DNA from: the human T2T-CHM13v2.0 reference genome, Homo sapiens
Assembly (NCBI GenBank): GCA_009914755.4
Contig: CP086569.2
Span: forward strand, 29,088,001-29,152,000
Direction: 5' to 3'
DNA: 64,000 nucleotides
The translations under genes were made by a program, and so were the position numbers. This document shows positions 1-14,400 of this stretch, one piece after another. Below the pieces are notes generated by a model that was not told where the DNA came from, searched no databases, and was given only the letters and a program-made list of their open reading frames with translations. Every line of letters starts with the position of its first letter. Positions within the stretch are counted from its first letter, which is position 1.

Positions 1-85
1 TTTCACTCTAGTCCATTCCATTCCATTCAATTCCATTCGACTCTATTCCGTTCCATTCAATTCCATTCCATTCGATTCCATTTTT

Positions 86-98
86 TTCGAGAACCTTC
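86..98. promoter_or_regulatory. Perfect heat-shock-element trimer TTCgaGAAccTTC, recurring once per HOR. Function is speculative.
   Basis: The motif matches the canonical alternating nGAAn/nTTCn x3. It reappears at the same phase in most units (for example 3639-3651). Some units carry the variant 'gtcgagaacgttcc', for example near 10757. Confidence 0.2.
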
Positions 99-365
99 CA
101 TTACACTCCCTTCCATACCAGTGCATTCCATTCCAGTCTCTTCAGTTCGATTCCATTCCATTCGTTTCGATTCCTTTCCATTCCAGCCCATGCCATTCCA
201 TTCCATTCCTTTCCTTTCCGTTTCATTAGATTCCATTGCATTCGATTCCATTCAATTCAGTTCCGTGCTATTCAATTTGATTCATTTCCATTTAATTCCA
301 TTCCATTAGATTCCATTCCGTACGATTCCATTCCTTTTGAATCCATTGCATTGGAGTCCATTCAC

Positions 366-378
366 TTCCAGAACATTC
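366..378. promoter_or_regulatory. Perfect HSE trimer TTCcaGAAcaTTC, recurring once per HOR. Function is speculative.
   Basis: The string 'cacttccagaacattcc' is present at this phase in essentially every unit, for example near 3919 and 7473. Confidence 0.2.
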
Positions 379-1116
379 CATTCCAGTCGAATCCATTCGA
401 GGACATTCCATTAAAGTTCATTACATTCTAATACATTCCATTCCATTGCATTCCATTCCATTCCATTCGATGCCATTCGATTCCATTCCATGCCAAATCA
501 TTGCATTCCTTTCCATTCCGTTCCTATCAATTCCATTCCATTCGATTTAGTTCGATTCTATTCACTTCCATTCCATTTGATTCCATTCCATTGGAGTCAA
601 TTCCTTTCGACACCCAGCCTTTCCAGTCAATGATTTTGGAGTCCATTTTTTTGCATTCCATTACATTCTATGACATTCGATTCCGTTTCATTGCATTCCA
701 TTCCATACATTTTTATTCCATTCGAGACCGTAGCATTCTGCTTTATTCCAGGCCTGTCCATTACACTACATTCCCTTCCATTCCAATGAATTCCATTCCA
801 TTCCAATCCATTCCTTTCCTTTCGCTTGCATTCCATTCTATTCTCTTCTACTGCATACAATTTCACTCCATTCGTTCCCATTCCATTCAATTCCATTCCA
901 TTCAATTCCATTCCATTTGTTTCCATTCTCTTCGATTCCATTTCCTTATATTCCATGCCATTCGATTCCATTCTATTGGATTGCATTACATTCGTGTTCA
1001 TTCCATTCCAGACCATTCCATTTGACTCCATTCCTTTCGAGCCCTTTCAATTTGAGTCCATTCTTTCCAGTCCATTTCACTCCAGTCCATTACTATCCAT
1101 TCCATACCATTCCATC

Positions 1117-1176
1117 CCATTCCATTCCATTCCATTCCATTCCATTCCATTCCATTCCATTCCATTCCATTCCATT
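1117..1176 (+). repeat. Pure (CCATT)12 microsatellite-like tract inside the HOR. Its copy number varies between units.
   Basis: There are 12 perfect ccatt units here. The equivalent tract has 11 units at 4671-4725 and 9 at 15352-15396, and is interrupted in other copies (for example 'caatt' near 26030). Confidence 0.85.
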
Positions 1177-2632
1177 GCATTCCATTCCATTCCATTGCAC
1201 TGCACTCCATTCCATTACATTCTACTCTATCTGAGTCGATTTTATTGCATTAGATTCTATTCCATTGGATTACTTTCCATTCGATTACATTTCATTCATG
1301 TACATTCCATTCCAGTCAATTACATTCGAGTTCACTACATTACATTCCAGTATATTCCATTGTATTCGATCCCATTCCTTTCAATTCCATTTCATTCGAC
1401 TCCATTATATTCGATTCCATTCCACTCGAATCCATTCCATTAGAGGACATTCCATTCCAATGCATTCCATTCCATTCCATAGCATTCCATTGCATTCGAT
1501 TCCATTCCATTTGATGCCATTCCATTTGATGCCATTCCATGACATTCCATTCCATTCGAGTCCATTCCGTTCCAATTCATTCCATTCCGTTTCATGAAAT
1601 TCGAGTCCTTTCCAGTACATTTCATTCCAATCCCATCCAATCCCATCTACTCCATTCAATTCCTTTCCATTCCATTTGATTATATTCCATTGATTTGATT
1701 CCATTCAGTTTGATTCCATTCCGTGAAATTTCCTTCCATTTTCTTCCATTGCATTACTTTCCATTCAATTCCATTCCATTTCATTTCAGTCCATTCGCTT
1801 CCTTTCCTTTCGATTCAATTCCATTTGATTCCACTCCATTCTATGCGATTTCATTCCAATCGATTCAATTCCATTCGATGACATTCCTTTCGTTTCCATT
1901 CCATTCGAGTCCATTCAATTTGAACATTCGTGTCCATTCTATTCGAGTCCATTCCATTACCGTCTATTCTATTCCCTTCCATTCCTGTTGATTCAATTTC
2001 ATTCCCTTCCATTCGATTCCTTTCCATTCGATTCCATTCCTTTCCATTCCATTCCATTCGTTCCCATTCCATGTGATTTCATTCCATTCCAGTCCATTAT
2101 ATTCGAGTCCACTCCACTCCATTCTATTACATTCAATTCCTTTTGAGTCCGTTCCATAACACTCCATTCATTTCGATTCCATTTCTTGCCAGTTTTCTTC
2201 CATTTTATTCCATTCCGTTCGATTCCATTCCATTCGATTGCATTCCATTCGAATCCTTTCCATTCCATTTCATTCCATTCCTTTCTATTCCATTCCATTT
2301 CATTCGATTTGATTCCATTCTGTTCTATTCCATTCAATTCTTTTTCATTCCATTCGAATCCTTTCTATTGCAGTCCATTCCATTCGAGTCCATTCCAATC
2401 CCTCCCATTCCATTCCATTACAGTCCATTCCAATAGATTCCATTCCTTTGCCTTCCATTCGAATCCATTCCATTCTAGTCCATTCCATTTGAGTCAATTC
2501 CATTCCATTCCATTCTATTCCTTTCCAATCCATTCGATTCCATTCGATTCAATTCCGTTTGATTCTCTTTCATTCTATTTTATTCCATGCCATTTGATTG
2601 CATTGCATTCCTTTCCGTTTGATTCCAGTCCA

Positions 2633-2645
2633 TTCAAGAATGTTC
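2633..2645. promoter_or_regulatory. Perfect HSE trimer TTCaaGAAtgTTC, recurring once per HOR. Function is speculative.
   Basis: The string 'cattcaagaatgttccattcc' recurs, and some units carry the variant 'caagaaagttcc', which still fits TTCnnGAAnnTTC. Confidence 0.2.
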
Positions 2646-4303
2646 CATTCCAGTCCATTGCTTTCCAGTCCATTCCATTCCACTCTAGTCTATTCCACTC
2701 CATTCCTTTCCATTCCATTCCATACTATTCCATTCCATTCCTTTGCATTCCGTTTCCAATCTATTCGAGTCCATTGCATTCCAGTCGAATCCATTCGATT
2801 TCATTCCTTTTGATTCCCTGCCAGTCGATTGCATTGCATACTACACCATTCCAAAGGAGTCCATTCCATTCTATCTCAACACTTTCCATTCCACTCTGTT
2901 CGAGTCCATTCCATTCCAGTCCATTTAATTCAAGGGCATTCCATTCCATTCCATTCCATTTCATATTATTCCATTCCATTCAATTCCATTCCAGATGATT
3001 CCATTCCATTCTATACCATTGCTCTCTGTTCCATTCCATTCCATCTGTCTCCATTCCTTTCGTTTCGATTCCTTTCCATTCCATTCCATTACATTTGATC
3101 CTATTTTATTAAATTGCATTCTATTCGAGTGATTTCCATTCGAGTCCTTTCCATTCGATTCCATTCCTTTGGATTCCATTCCATTTCGTTCTGTTCACAT
3201 CAATTCCTTGCGATTCCATTACATTCGATTTCTTGCCATTCGATTCCATTCCTTTTGACTCCATTTCATTCGATTCCATTCCATTCCATTAATTTCCATT
3301 CCATTCGAGACCTTTCCATTGCAGTCTTTTCCCTTCGAGTCCATTCCGTTCGATTCCCTTCCATTCGATTCCATTCCATTGGAGTCCGTACCAGTCGAGT
3401 CCATTCTATTCCAGTCCATTAGTTTCGACTCCATTGCATTCGAGTGCATTCCATTCCGTGGCTGTCCATTCCATTCCGTTTGATGCCATTCCATACGATT
3501 CCATTCAATTCGAGACCATTCTATTCCTGTCCATTCCTTGTGGTTCGATTCCATTTCACTCTAGTCCATTCCATTCCATTCAATTCCATTCGACTCTATT
3601 CCGTTCCATTCAATTCCATTCCATTCGATTCCATTTTTTTCGAGAACCTTCCATTACACTCCCTTCCATTCCAGTGCATTCCATTCCAGTCTCTTCAGTT
3701 CGATTCCATTCCATTCGTTTCGATTCCTTTCCATTCCAGCCCATTCCATTCCATTCCATTCCTTTCCATTCCGTTTCATTAGATTCCATTGCATTCGATT
3801 CCATTCAATTCAATTCCGTGCTATTCAATTTGATTCATTTCCATTTAATTCCATTCCATTAGATTCCATTCCGTACGATTCCATTCCTTTTGAATCCATT
3901 CCATTGGAGTCCATTCACTTCCAGAACATTCCATTACAGTCGAATCCATTCGAGGACATTCCATTAAAGTTCATTACATTCTAATACATTCCATTCCATT
4001 GCATTCCATTCCATTCCATTCGATGCCATTCGATTCCATTCCATGCCAAATCATTGCATTCCTTTCCATTCCGTTCCTATCAATTCCATTCCATTCGATT
4101 TAGTTCGATTCTATTCACTTCCATTCCATTCGATTCCATTCCATTGGAGTCAATTCCTTTCGACACCCAGCCTTTCCAGTCAATGATTTTGGATTCCATT
4201 TTTTTGCATTCCATTACATTCTATGACATTCGATTCCGTTTCATTGCATTCCATTCCATACATTTTTATTCCATTCGAGACCGTAGCATTCTGCTTTATT
4301 CCA

Positions 4304-7300
4304 GGCCTGTCCATTACACTACATTCCCTTCCATTCCAATGAATTCCATTCCATTCCAATCCATTCCTTTCCTTTCGCTTGCATTCCATTCTATTCTCTT
4401 CTACTGCATACAATTTCACTCCATTCGTTCCCATTCCATTCAATTCCATTCCATTCAATTCCATTCCATTTGTTTCCATTCTCTTCGATTCCATTTCTTT
4501 ATATTCCATGCCATTCGATTCCATTCTATTGGATTGCATTACATTCGTGTTCATTCCATTCCAGACCATTCCATTTGACTCCATTCCTTTCGAGCCCTTT
4601 CAATTTGAGTCCATTCCTTTCCAGTCCATTTCACTCCAGTCCATTACTATCCATTCCATACCATTCCATCCCATTCCATTCCATTCCATTCCATTCCATT
4701 CCATTCCATTCCATTCCATTCCATTGCATTCCTTTCCATTACATTCCATTGCACTGCACTCCATTCCATTACATTCTACTCTATCTGAGTCGATTTTATT
4801 GCATTAGATTCTATTCCATTGGATTACTTTCCATTCGATTACATTTCATTCTTGTACATTCCATTCCAGTCAATTACATTCGATTTCATTACATTACATT
4901 CCAGTATATTCCATTGTATTCGATCCCATTCCTTTCAATTCCATTTCATTCGACTCCATTATATTCGATTCCATTCCACTCGAATCCATTCCATTAGAGG
5001 ACATTCCATTCCAAAGCATTCCATTCCATTCCATAGCATTCCATTGCATTCGATTCCATTCCATTTGATGCCATTCCATTTGATGCCATTCCATGACATT
5101 CCATTCCATTCGAGTCCATTCCGTTCCAATTCATTCCATTCCGTTTCATGAAATTCGAGTCCTTTCCAGTACATTTCATTCCAAACCCATCCAATCCAAT
5201 CTACTCCATTCAAATCCTTTCCATTCCATTTGATTATATTCCATTGATTTGATTCCATTCAGTTTGATTCCATTCCGTGAAATTTCCTTCCATTCTCTTC
5301 CATTGCATTACTTTCCATTCAATTCCATTCCATTTCATTTCAGTCCATTCGCTTCCTTTCCTTTCGATTCAATTCCATTTGATTCCACTCCATTCTATGC
5401 GATTTCATTCCAATCGATTCAATTCCATTCGATGACATTCCTTTCGTTTCCATTCCATTCGAGTCCATTCAATTTGAACATTCGTGTCCATTCTATTCGA
5501 GTCCATTCCATTACCGTCTATTCTATTCCCTTCCATTCCTGTTGATTCAATTTCATTCCCTTCCATTCGATTCCTTTCCATTCGATTCCATTCCTTTCCA
5601 TTCCATTCCAATCGTTCCCATTCCTTGTGATTTCATTCCATTCCAGTCCATTATATTCGAGTCCACTCCACTCCATTCTATTACATTCAATTCCTTTTGA
5701 GTCCGTTCCATAACACTCCATTCATTTCGATTCCATTTCTTGCAAGTTTTCTTCCATTTTATTCCATTCCGTTCGATTCCATTCCATTCGATTGCATTCC
5801 ATTCGAATCCTTTCCATTCCATTTCATTCCATTCCTTTCTATTCCATTCCATTTCATTCGATTTGATTCCATTCTGTTCTATTCCATTCAATTCTTTTTC
5901 ATTCCATTCGAATCCTTTCTATTGCAGTCCATTCCATTCGAGTCCATTCCAATCCCTTCCATTCCATTCCATTACAGTCCATTCCAATAGATTCCATTCC
6001 TTTGCCTTCCATTCGAATCCATTCCATTCTAGTCCATTCCATTTGAGTCAATTCCATTCCATTCCATTCTATTCCTTTCCAATCCATTCGATTCCATTCG
6101 ATTCAATTCCGTTTGATTCTCTTTCATTCTATTTTATTCCATGCCATTTGATTGCATTGCATTCCATTCCGTTTGATTCCAGTCCATTCAAGAATGTTCC
6201 ATTCCAGTCCATTGCTTTCCAGTCCATTCCATTCCACTCTAGTCTATTCCACTCCATTCCTTTCCATTCCATTCCATACTATTCCATTCCATTCCTTTGC
6301 ATTCCGTTTCCAATCTATTCGAGTCCATTGCATTCCAGTCGAATCCATTCGATTTCATTCCTTTTGATTCCCTGCCAGTCGATTGCATTGCATACTACAC
6401 CATTCCAAAGGAGTCCATTCCATTCTATCTCAACACTTTCCATTCCACTCTTTTCGAGTCCATTCCATTCCAGTCCATTTAATTCAAGGGCATTCCATTC
6501 CATTCCATTCCATTTCATATTATTCCATTCCATTCAATTCCATTCCAGATGATTCCATTCCATTCTATACCATTGCTCTCTGTTCCATTCCATTCCATCT
6601 GTCTCCATTCCTTTCGTTTCGATTCCTTTCCATTCCATTCCATTACATTTGATCCTATTTTATTAAATTGCATTCTATTCGAGTGATTTCCATTCGAGTC
6701 CTTTCCATTCGATTCCATTCCTTTGGATTCCATTCCATTTCGTTCTGTTCACATCAATTCCTTGCGATTCCATTACATTCGATTTCTTGCCATTCGATTC
6801 CATTCCTTTTGACTCCATTTCATTCGATTCCATTCCATTCCATTAATTTCCATTCCATTCGAGACCTTTCCATTGCAGTCTTTTCCCTTCGAGTCCATTC
6901 CGTTCGATTCCCTTCCATTCGATTCCATTCCATTGGAGTCCGTACCAGTCGAGTCCATTCTATTCCAGTCCATTAGTTTCGACTCCATTGCATTCGAGTG
7001 CATTCCATTCCGTGGCTGTCCATTCCATTCCGTTTGATGCCATTCCATACGATTCCATTCAATTCGAGACCATTCTATTCCTGTCCATTCCTTGTGGTTC
7101 GATTCCATTTCACTCTAGTCCATTCCATTCCATTCAATTCCATTCGACTCTATTCCGTTCCATTCAATTCCATTCCATTCGATTCCATTTTTTTCGAGAA
7201 CCTTCCATTACACTCCCTTCCATTCCAGTGCATTCCATTCCAGTCTCTTCAGTTCGATTCCATTCCATTCGTTTCGATTCCTTTCCATTCCAGCCCATTC

Positions 7301-7857
7301 CATTCCATTCCATTCCTTTCCTTTCCGTTTCATTAGATTCCATTGCATTCCATTCCATTCAATTCAGTTCCGTGCTATTCAATTTGATTCATTTCCATTT
7401 AATTCCATTCCATTAGATTCCATTCCGTACGATTCCATTCCTTTTGAATCCATTCCATTGGAGTCCATTCACTTCCAGAACATTCCATTCCAGTCGAATC
7501 CATTCGAGGACATTCCATTAAAGTTCATTACATTCTAATACATTCCATTCCATTGCATTCCATTCCATTCCATTCGATGCCATTCGATTCCATTCCATGC
7601 CAAATCATTGCATTCCTTTCCATTCCGTTCCTATCAATTCCATTCCATTCGATTTAGTTCGATTCTATTCACTTCCATTCCATTCGATTCCATTCCATTG
7701 GAGTCAATTCCTTTCGACACCCAGCCTTTCCATTCAATGATTTTGGAGTCCATTTTTTTGCATTCCATTACATTCTATGACATTCGATTCCGTTTCATTG
7801 CATTCCATTCCATACATTTTTATTCCATTCGAGACCGTAGCATTCTGCTTTATTCCA
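4304..7857 (+). repeat. HSat3 HOR unit 2 (3554 bp). Subtype A.
   Basis: GGCC at 4304 and 7858. The ORF translations are nearly identical to unit 1. For example, the 174-aa ORF at 501..1025 and its copy at 4054..4578 differ at 2 residues. Confidence 0.9.
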
Positions 7858-10800
7858 GGCCTGTCCATTACACTACATTCCCTTCCATTCCAATGAATTC
7901 CATTCCATTCCAATCCATTCCTTTCCTTTCGCTTGCATTCCATTCTATTCTCTTCTACTGCATACAATTTCACTCCATTCGTTCCCATTCCATTCAATTC
8001 CATTCCATTCAATTCCATTCCATTTGTTTCCATTCTCTTCGATTCCATTTCTTTATATTCCATGCCATTCGATTCCATTCTATTGGATTGCATTACATTC
8101 GTGTTCATTCCATTCCAGACCATTCCATTTGACTCCATTCCTTTCGAGCCCTTTCAATTTGAGTCCATTCCTTTCCAGTCCATTTCACTCCAGTCCATTA
8201 CTATCCATTCCATACCATTCCATCCCATTCCATTCCATTCCATTCCATTCCATTCCATTCCATTCCATTCCATTCCGTTCCATTGCATTCCTTTCCATTA
8301 CATTCCATTGCACTGCACTCCATTCCATTACATTCTACTCTATCTGAGTCGATTTTATTGCATTAGATTCTATTTCATTGGATTACTTTCCATTCGATTA
8401 CATTTCATTCATGTACATTCCATTCCAGTCAATTACATTCGATTTCATTACATTACATTCCAGTATATTCCATTGTATTCGATCCCATTCCTTTCAATTC
8501 CATTTCATTCGACTCCATTATATTCGATTCCATTCCACTCGAATCCATTCCATTAGAGGACATTCCATTCCAATGCATTCCATTCTATTCCATAGCATTC
8601 CATTGCTTTCGATTCCATTCCATTTGATGCCATTTCATTTGATGCCATTCCATGACATTCCATTCCATTCGAGTCCATTCCGTTCCAATTCATTCCATTC
8701 CGTTTCATGACATTCGAGTCCTTTCCAGTACATTTCATTCCAATCTCATCCAATCCCATCTACTCCATTCAATTCCTTTCCATTCCATTTGATTATATTC
8801 CTTTGATTTGATTCCATTCAGTTTGATTCCATTCCGTGAAATTTCCTTCCATTCTCTTCCATTGCATTACTTTCCATTCAATTCCATTCCATTTCATTTC
8901 AGTCCATTCGCTTCCTTTCTTTTCGATTCAATTCCATTTGATTCCACTCCATTCTATGCGATTTCATTCCAATCGATTCAATTCCATTCGATGACATTCC
9001 TTTCGTTTCCATTCCATTCGAGTCCATTCAATTTGAGCATTCGTGTCCATTCTATTCGAGTCCATTCCATTACCGTCTATTCTATTCCCTTCCATTCCTG
9101 TTGATTCAATTTCATTCCCTTCCATTCGATTCCTTTCCATTCGATTCCATTCCTTTCCATTCCATTCCATTCGTTCCCATTCCATGTGATTTCATTCCAT
9201 TCCAGTCCATTATATTCGAGTCCACTCCACTCCATTCTATTACATTCAATTCCTTTTGAGTCCGTTCCATAACACTCCATTCATTTCGATTCCATTTCTT
9301 GCCAGTTTTCTTCCATTTTATTCCATTCCGTTCGATTCCATTCCATTCGATTGCATTCCGTTCGAATCCTTTCCATTCCATTTCATTCCATTCCTTTCTA
9401 TTCCATTCCATTTCATGCGATTTGATTCCATTCTGTTCTATTCCATTCAATTCTTTTTCATTCCATTCGCATCCTTTCTATTGCAGTCCATTACATTCGA
9501 GTCCATTCCAATCCCTTCCATTCCATTCCATTACAGTCCATTCCAATAGATTCCATTCCTTTGCCTTCCATTCGAATCCATTCCATTCTAGTCCATTCCA
9601 TTTGAGTCAATTCCATTCCATTCCATTCTATTCCTTTCCAATCCATTCGATTCCATTCGATTCAATTCCGTTTGATTCTCTTTCATTCTATTTTATTCCA
9701 TGCCATTTGATTGCATTGCATTCCATTCCGTTTGATTCCAGTCCATTCAAGAATGTTCCATTCCAGTCCATTGCTTTCCAGTCCATTCCATTCCACTCTA
9801 GTCTATTCCACTCCATTCCTTTCCATTCCATTCCATACTATTCCATTCCATTCCTTGGCATTCCGTTTCCAATCTATTCGAGTCCATTGCATTCCAGTCC
9901 AATCCATTCCATTACATTCCTTTTGATTCCCTGCCAGTCGATTGCATTGCATACTAGACCATTCCAAAGGAGTCCATTCCATTCTATCTCAACACTTTCC
10001 ATTCCACTCTGTTCGAGTCCATTCCATTCCAGTCCATTTAATTCAAGGGCATTCCATTCCATTCCATTCCATTTCATATTATTCCATTCCATTCAATTCC
10101 ATTCCAGATGATTCCATTCCATTCTATACCATTGCTCTCTGTTCCATTCCATTCCATCTGTCTCCATTCCTTTCGTTTCGATTCCTTTCCATTCCATTCC
10201 ATTCCATTTGATCCTATTTTATTAAATTGCATTCTATTCGAGTGATTTCCATTCGAGTCCTTTCCATTCGATTCCATTCCATTCTATTCCATTCCTTTGG
10301 ATTCCATTCCATTCCGTTCCGTTCACATCAATTCCTTGCGATTCCATTACATTCGATTTCTTGCCATTCAATTCCATTCCTTTTGACTCCATTTCATTCG
10401 ATTCCATTCCATTCCATTAATTTCCATTCCATTCGAGACCTTTCCATTGCAGTCTTTTCCCTTCGAGTCCATTCCGTTCGATTCCCTTCCATTCGATTCC
10501 ATTCCATTGGAGTCCGTACCAGTCGAGTCCATTCTATTCCAGTCCATTAGTTTCGACTCCATTGCATTCGAGTGCATTCCATTCCGTGGCTGTCCATTCC
10601 ATTCCGTTTGATGCCATTCCATACGATTCCATTCAATTCGAGACCATTCTATTCCTGTCCATTCCTTGTGGTTCGATTCCATTTCACTCTAGTCCATTCC
10701 ATTCCATTCAATTCCATTCGACTCTATTCCGTTCCATTCAATTCCATTCCATTCGATTCCATTTTTGTCGAGAACGTTCCATTACACTCCCTTCCATTCC

Positions 10801-11431
10801 AGTGCATTCCATTCCAGTCTCTTCAGTTCGATTCCATTCCATTCGTTTCGATTCCTTTCCATTCCAGCCCATTCCATTCCATTCCATTCCTTTCCTTTCC
10901 GTTTCATTAGATTCCATTGCATTCGATTCCATTCAATTCAATTCCGTGCTATTCAATTTGATTCATTTCCATTTGATTCCATTCCATTAGATTCCATTCC
11001 GTACGATTCCATTCCTTTTGAATCCATTCCATTGGAGTCCATTCACTTCCAGAACATTCCATTCCAGTCGAATCCATTCGAGGACATTCCATTAAAGTTC
11101 ATTACATTCTAATACATTCCATTCCATTGCATTCCATTCCATTCCATTCGATGCCATTCGATTCCATTCCATGCCAAATCATTGCATTCCTTTCCATTCC
11201 GTTCCTATCAATTCCATTCCATTCGATTTAGTTCGATTCTATTCACTTCCATTCCATTCGATTCCATTCCATTGGAGTCAATTCCTTTCGACACCCAGCC
11301 TTTCCAGTCAATGATTTTGGAGTCCATTTTTTTGCATTCCATTACATTCTATGACATTCGATTCCGTTTCATTGCATTCCATTCCATACATTTTTATTCC
11401 ATTCGAGACCGTAGCATTCTGCTTTATTCCA
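7858..11431 (+). repeat. HSat3 HOR unit 3 (3574 bp). Subtype B, with a 15-bp insertion.
   Basis: GGCC at 7858 and 11432. The extra 15 bp 'attctattccattcc' lies at ~10281-10295, so the recurring ORF is 107 aa here and 102 aa in subtype A. Confidence 0.9.
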
Positions 11432-14400
11432 GGCCTGTCCATTACACTACATTCCCTTCCATTCCAATGAATTCCATTCCATTCCAATCCATTCCTTTCC
11501 TTTCGCTTGCATTCCATTCTATTCTCTTCTACTGCATACAATTTCACTCCATTCGTTCCCATTCCATTCAATTCCATTCCATTCAATTCCATTCCATTTG
11601 TTTCCATTCTCTTCGATTCCATTTCTTTATATTCCATGCCATTCGATTCCATTCTATTGGATTGCATTACATTCGTGTTCATTCCATTCCAGACCATTCC
11701 ATTTGACTCCATTCCTTTCGAGCCCTTTCAATTTGAGTCCATTCTTTCCAGTCCATTTCACTCCAGTCCATTACTATCCATTCCATACCATTCCATCCCT
11801 TTCCATTCCATTCCATTAAATTCCATTCCATTCCATTCCATTGCATTCCATTCCATTCCATTCCATTGCACTGCACTCCATTCCATTACATTCTACTCTA
11901 TCTGAGTCGATTTTATTGCATTAGATTCTATTCCATTGGATTACTTTCCATTCGATTACATTTCATTCATGTACATTCCATTCCAGTCAATTACATTCGA
12001 GTTCATTACATTACATTCCAGTATATTCCATTGTATTCGATCCCATTCCTTTCAATTCCATTTCATTCGACTCCATTATATTCGATTCCATTCCACTCGA
12101 ATCCATTCCATTAGAGGACATTCCATTCCAATGCATTCCATTCCATTCCATAGCATTCCATTGCATTCGATTCCATTCCATTTGATGCCATTCCATTTGA
12201 TGCCATTCCATGACATTCCATTCCATTCGAGTCCATTCCCTTCCAATTCATTCCATTCCGTTTCCTGAAATTCGAGTCCTTTCCAGTACATTTCATTCCA
12301 ATCCATTCCTATCCCATCTACTCCATTCAATTCCTTTCCATTCCATTTGATTAGATTCCATTGATTTGATTCCATTCAGTTTGATTCCATTCCGTGAAAT
12401 TTCCTTCCATTCTCTTCCATTGCATTACTTTCCATTCAATTCCATTCCATTTCATTTCAGTCCATTCGCTTCCTTTCTTTTCGATTCAATTCCATTTGAT
12501 TCCACTCCATTCAATGTGATTTCATTCCAATCGATTCAATTCCATTCGATGACATTCCTTTCGTTTCCATTCCATTCGAGTCCATTCAATTTGAGCATTC
12601 GTGTCCATTCTATTCGAGTCCATTCCATTACCGTCTATTCTATTCCCTTCCATTCCTGTTGATTCAATTTCATTCCCTTCCATTCGATTCCTTTCCATTC
12701 GATTCCATTCCTTTCCATTCCATTCCATTCGTTCCCATTCCATGTGATTTCATTCCATTCCAGTCCATTATATTCGAGTCCACTCCACTCCATTCTATTA
12801 CATTCAATTCCTTTTGAGTCCGTTCCATAACACTCCATTCATTTTGATTCCATTTCTTGCCAGTTTTCTTCCATTTTATTCCATTCCGTTTGATTCCATT
12901 CCATTCAATTGCATTCCATTCGAATCCTTTCCATTCCATTTCATTCCATTCCTTTCTATTCCATTCCATTTCATTCGATTTGATTCCATTCTGTTCTATT
13001 CCATTCAATTCTTTTTCATTCCATTCGAATCCTTTCTATTGCAGTCCATTCCATTCGAGTCCATTCCAATCCCTTCCATTCCATTCCATTACAGTCCATT
13101 CCAATAGATTCCATTCCTTTGCCTTCCATTCAAATCCATTCCATTCTAGTCCATTCCATTTGAATCAATTCCATTCCATTCAATTCTATTCCTTTCCAAT
13201 CCATTCGATTCCATTCGATTCAATTCCGTTTGATTCTCTTTCATTCTATTTTATCCCATGCCATTTGATTGCATTGCATTCCATTCCGTTTGATTCCAGT
13301 CCATTCAAGAAAGTTCCATTCAAGTCCATTGCTTTCCAGTCCATTCCATTCCACTCTAGTCTATTCCACTCCATTCCTTTCCATTCCATTGCATACTATT
13401 CCATTCCATTCCTTTGCATTCCGTTTCCAATCTATTCGAGTCCATTGCATTCCAGTCCAATCCATTCGATTACATTCCTTTTGATTCCCTGCCAGTCGAT
13501 TGCATTGCATACTACACCATTCCAAAGGAGTCCATTCCATTCTACCTCAACACTTTCCATTCCACTCTGTTCGAGTCCATTCCATTCCAGTCCATTTAAT
13601 TCAAGGGCATTCCATTCCATTCCATTCCATTTCATATTATTCCATTCCATTCAATTCCATTCCAGATGATTCCATTCCATTCTATACCATTGCTCTCTGT
13701 TCCATTCCATTCCATCTGTCTCCATTCCTTTCGTTTCGATTCCTTTCCATTCCATTCCATTACATTTGATCCTATTTTATTAAATTGCATTCTATTCGAG
13801 TGATTTCCATTCGAGTCCTTTCCATTCGATTCCATTCCATTCTATTCCATTCCTTTGGATTCCATTCCATTCCGTTCCGTTCACATCAATTCCTTGCGAT
13901 TCCATTACATTCGATTTCTTGCCATTCGATTCCATTCCTTTTGACTCCATTTCATTCGATTCCATTCCATTCCATTAATTTCCATTCCATTCGAGACCTT
14001 TCCATTGCAGTCTTTTCCCTTCGAGTCCATTCCGTTCGATTCCCTTCCATTCGATTCCATTCCATTGGAGTCCGTACCAGTCGAGTCCATTCTATTCCAG
14101 TCCATTAGTTTCGACTCCATTGCATTCGAGTGCATTCCATTCCGTGGCTGTCCATTCCATTCCGTTTGATGCCATTCCATACGATTCCATTCAATTCGAG
14201 ACCATTCTATTCCTGTCCATTCCTTGTGGTTCGATTCCATTTCACTCTAGTCCATTCCATTCCATTCAATTCCATTCGACTCTATTCCATTCCATTCAAT
14301 TCCATTCCATTCGATTCCATTTTTGTCGAGAACCTTCCATTACACTCCCTTCCATTCCAGTGCATTCCATTCCAGTCTCTTCAGTTCGATTCCATTCCAT

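Larger units (their letters stand above)
1..750 (+). repeat. Partial HOR unit: the 3' portion of a unit, up to the first HaeIII site
   Basis: The window opens at the HOR phase corresponding to position ~3554 of the next copy. 'tttcactctagtccattcc' at 1 matches 3554, 7108 and later copies. Confidence 0.85.
751..4303 (+). repeat. HSat3 HOR unit 1 (3553 bp, HaeIII to HaeIII). Subtype A, with no 15-bp insertion.
   Basis: GGCC at 751 and 4304 sits inside the conserved landmark 'cgagaccgtagcattctgctttattccaggcctgtccattacac'. Confidence 0.9.

Noticed and set aside
788-793. Recurring GAATTC (EcoRI) and TCGA (TaqI) sites, as possible functional palindromes
   Set aside because: They are expected by-products of pentamer variants ('tgaattccatt', 'attcgattcc'). 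They are useful only as restriction landmarks and show no evidence of a regulatory role.
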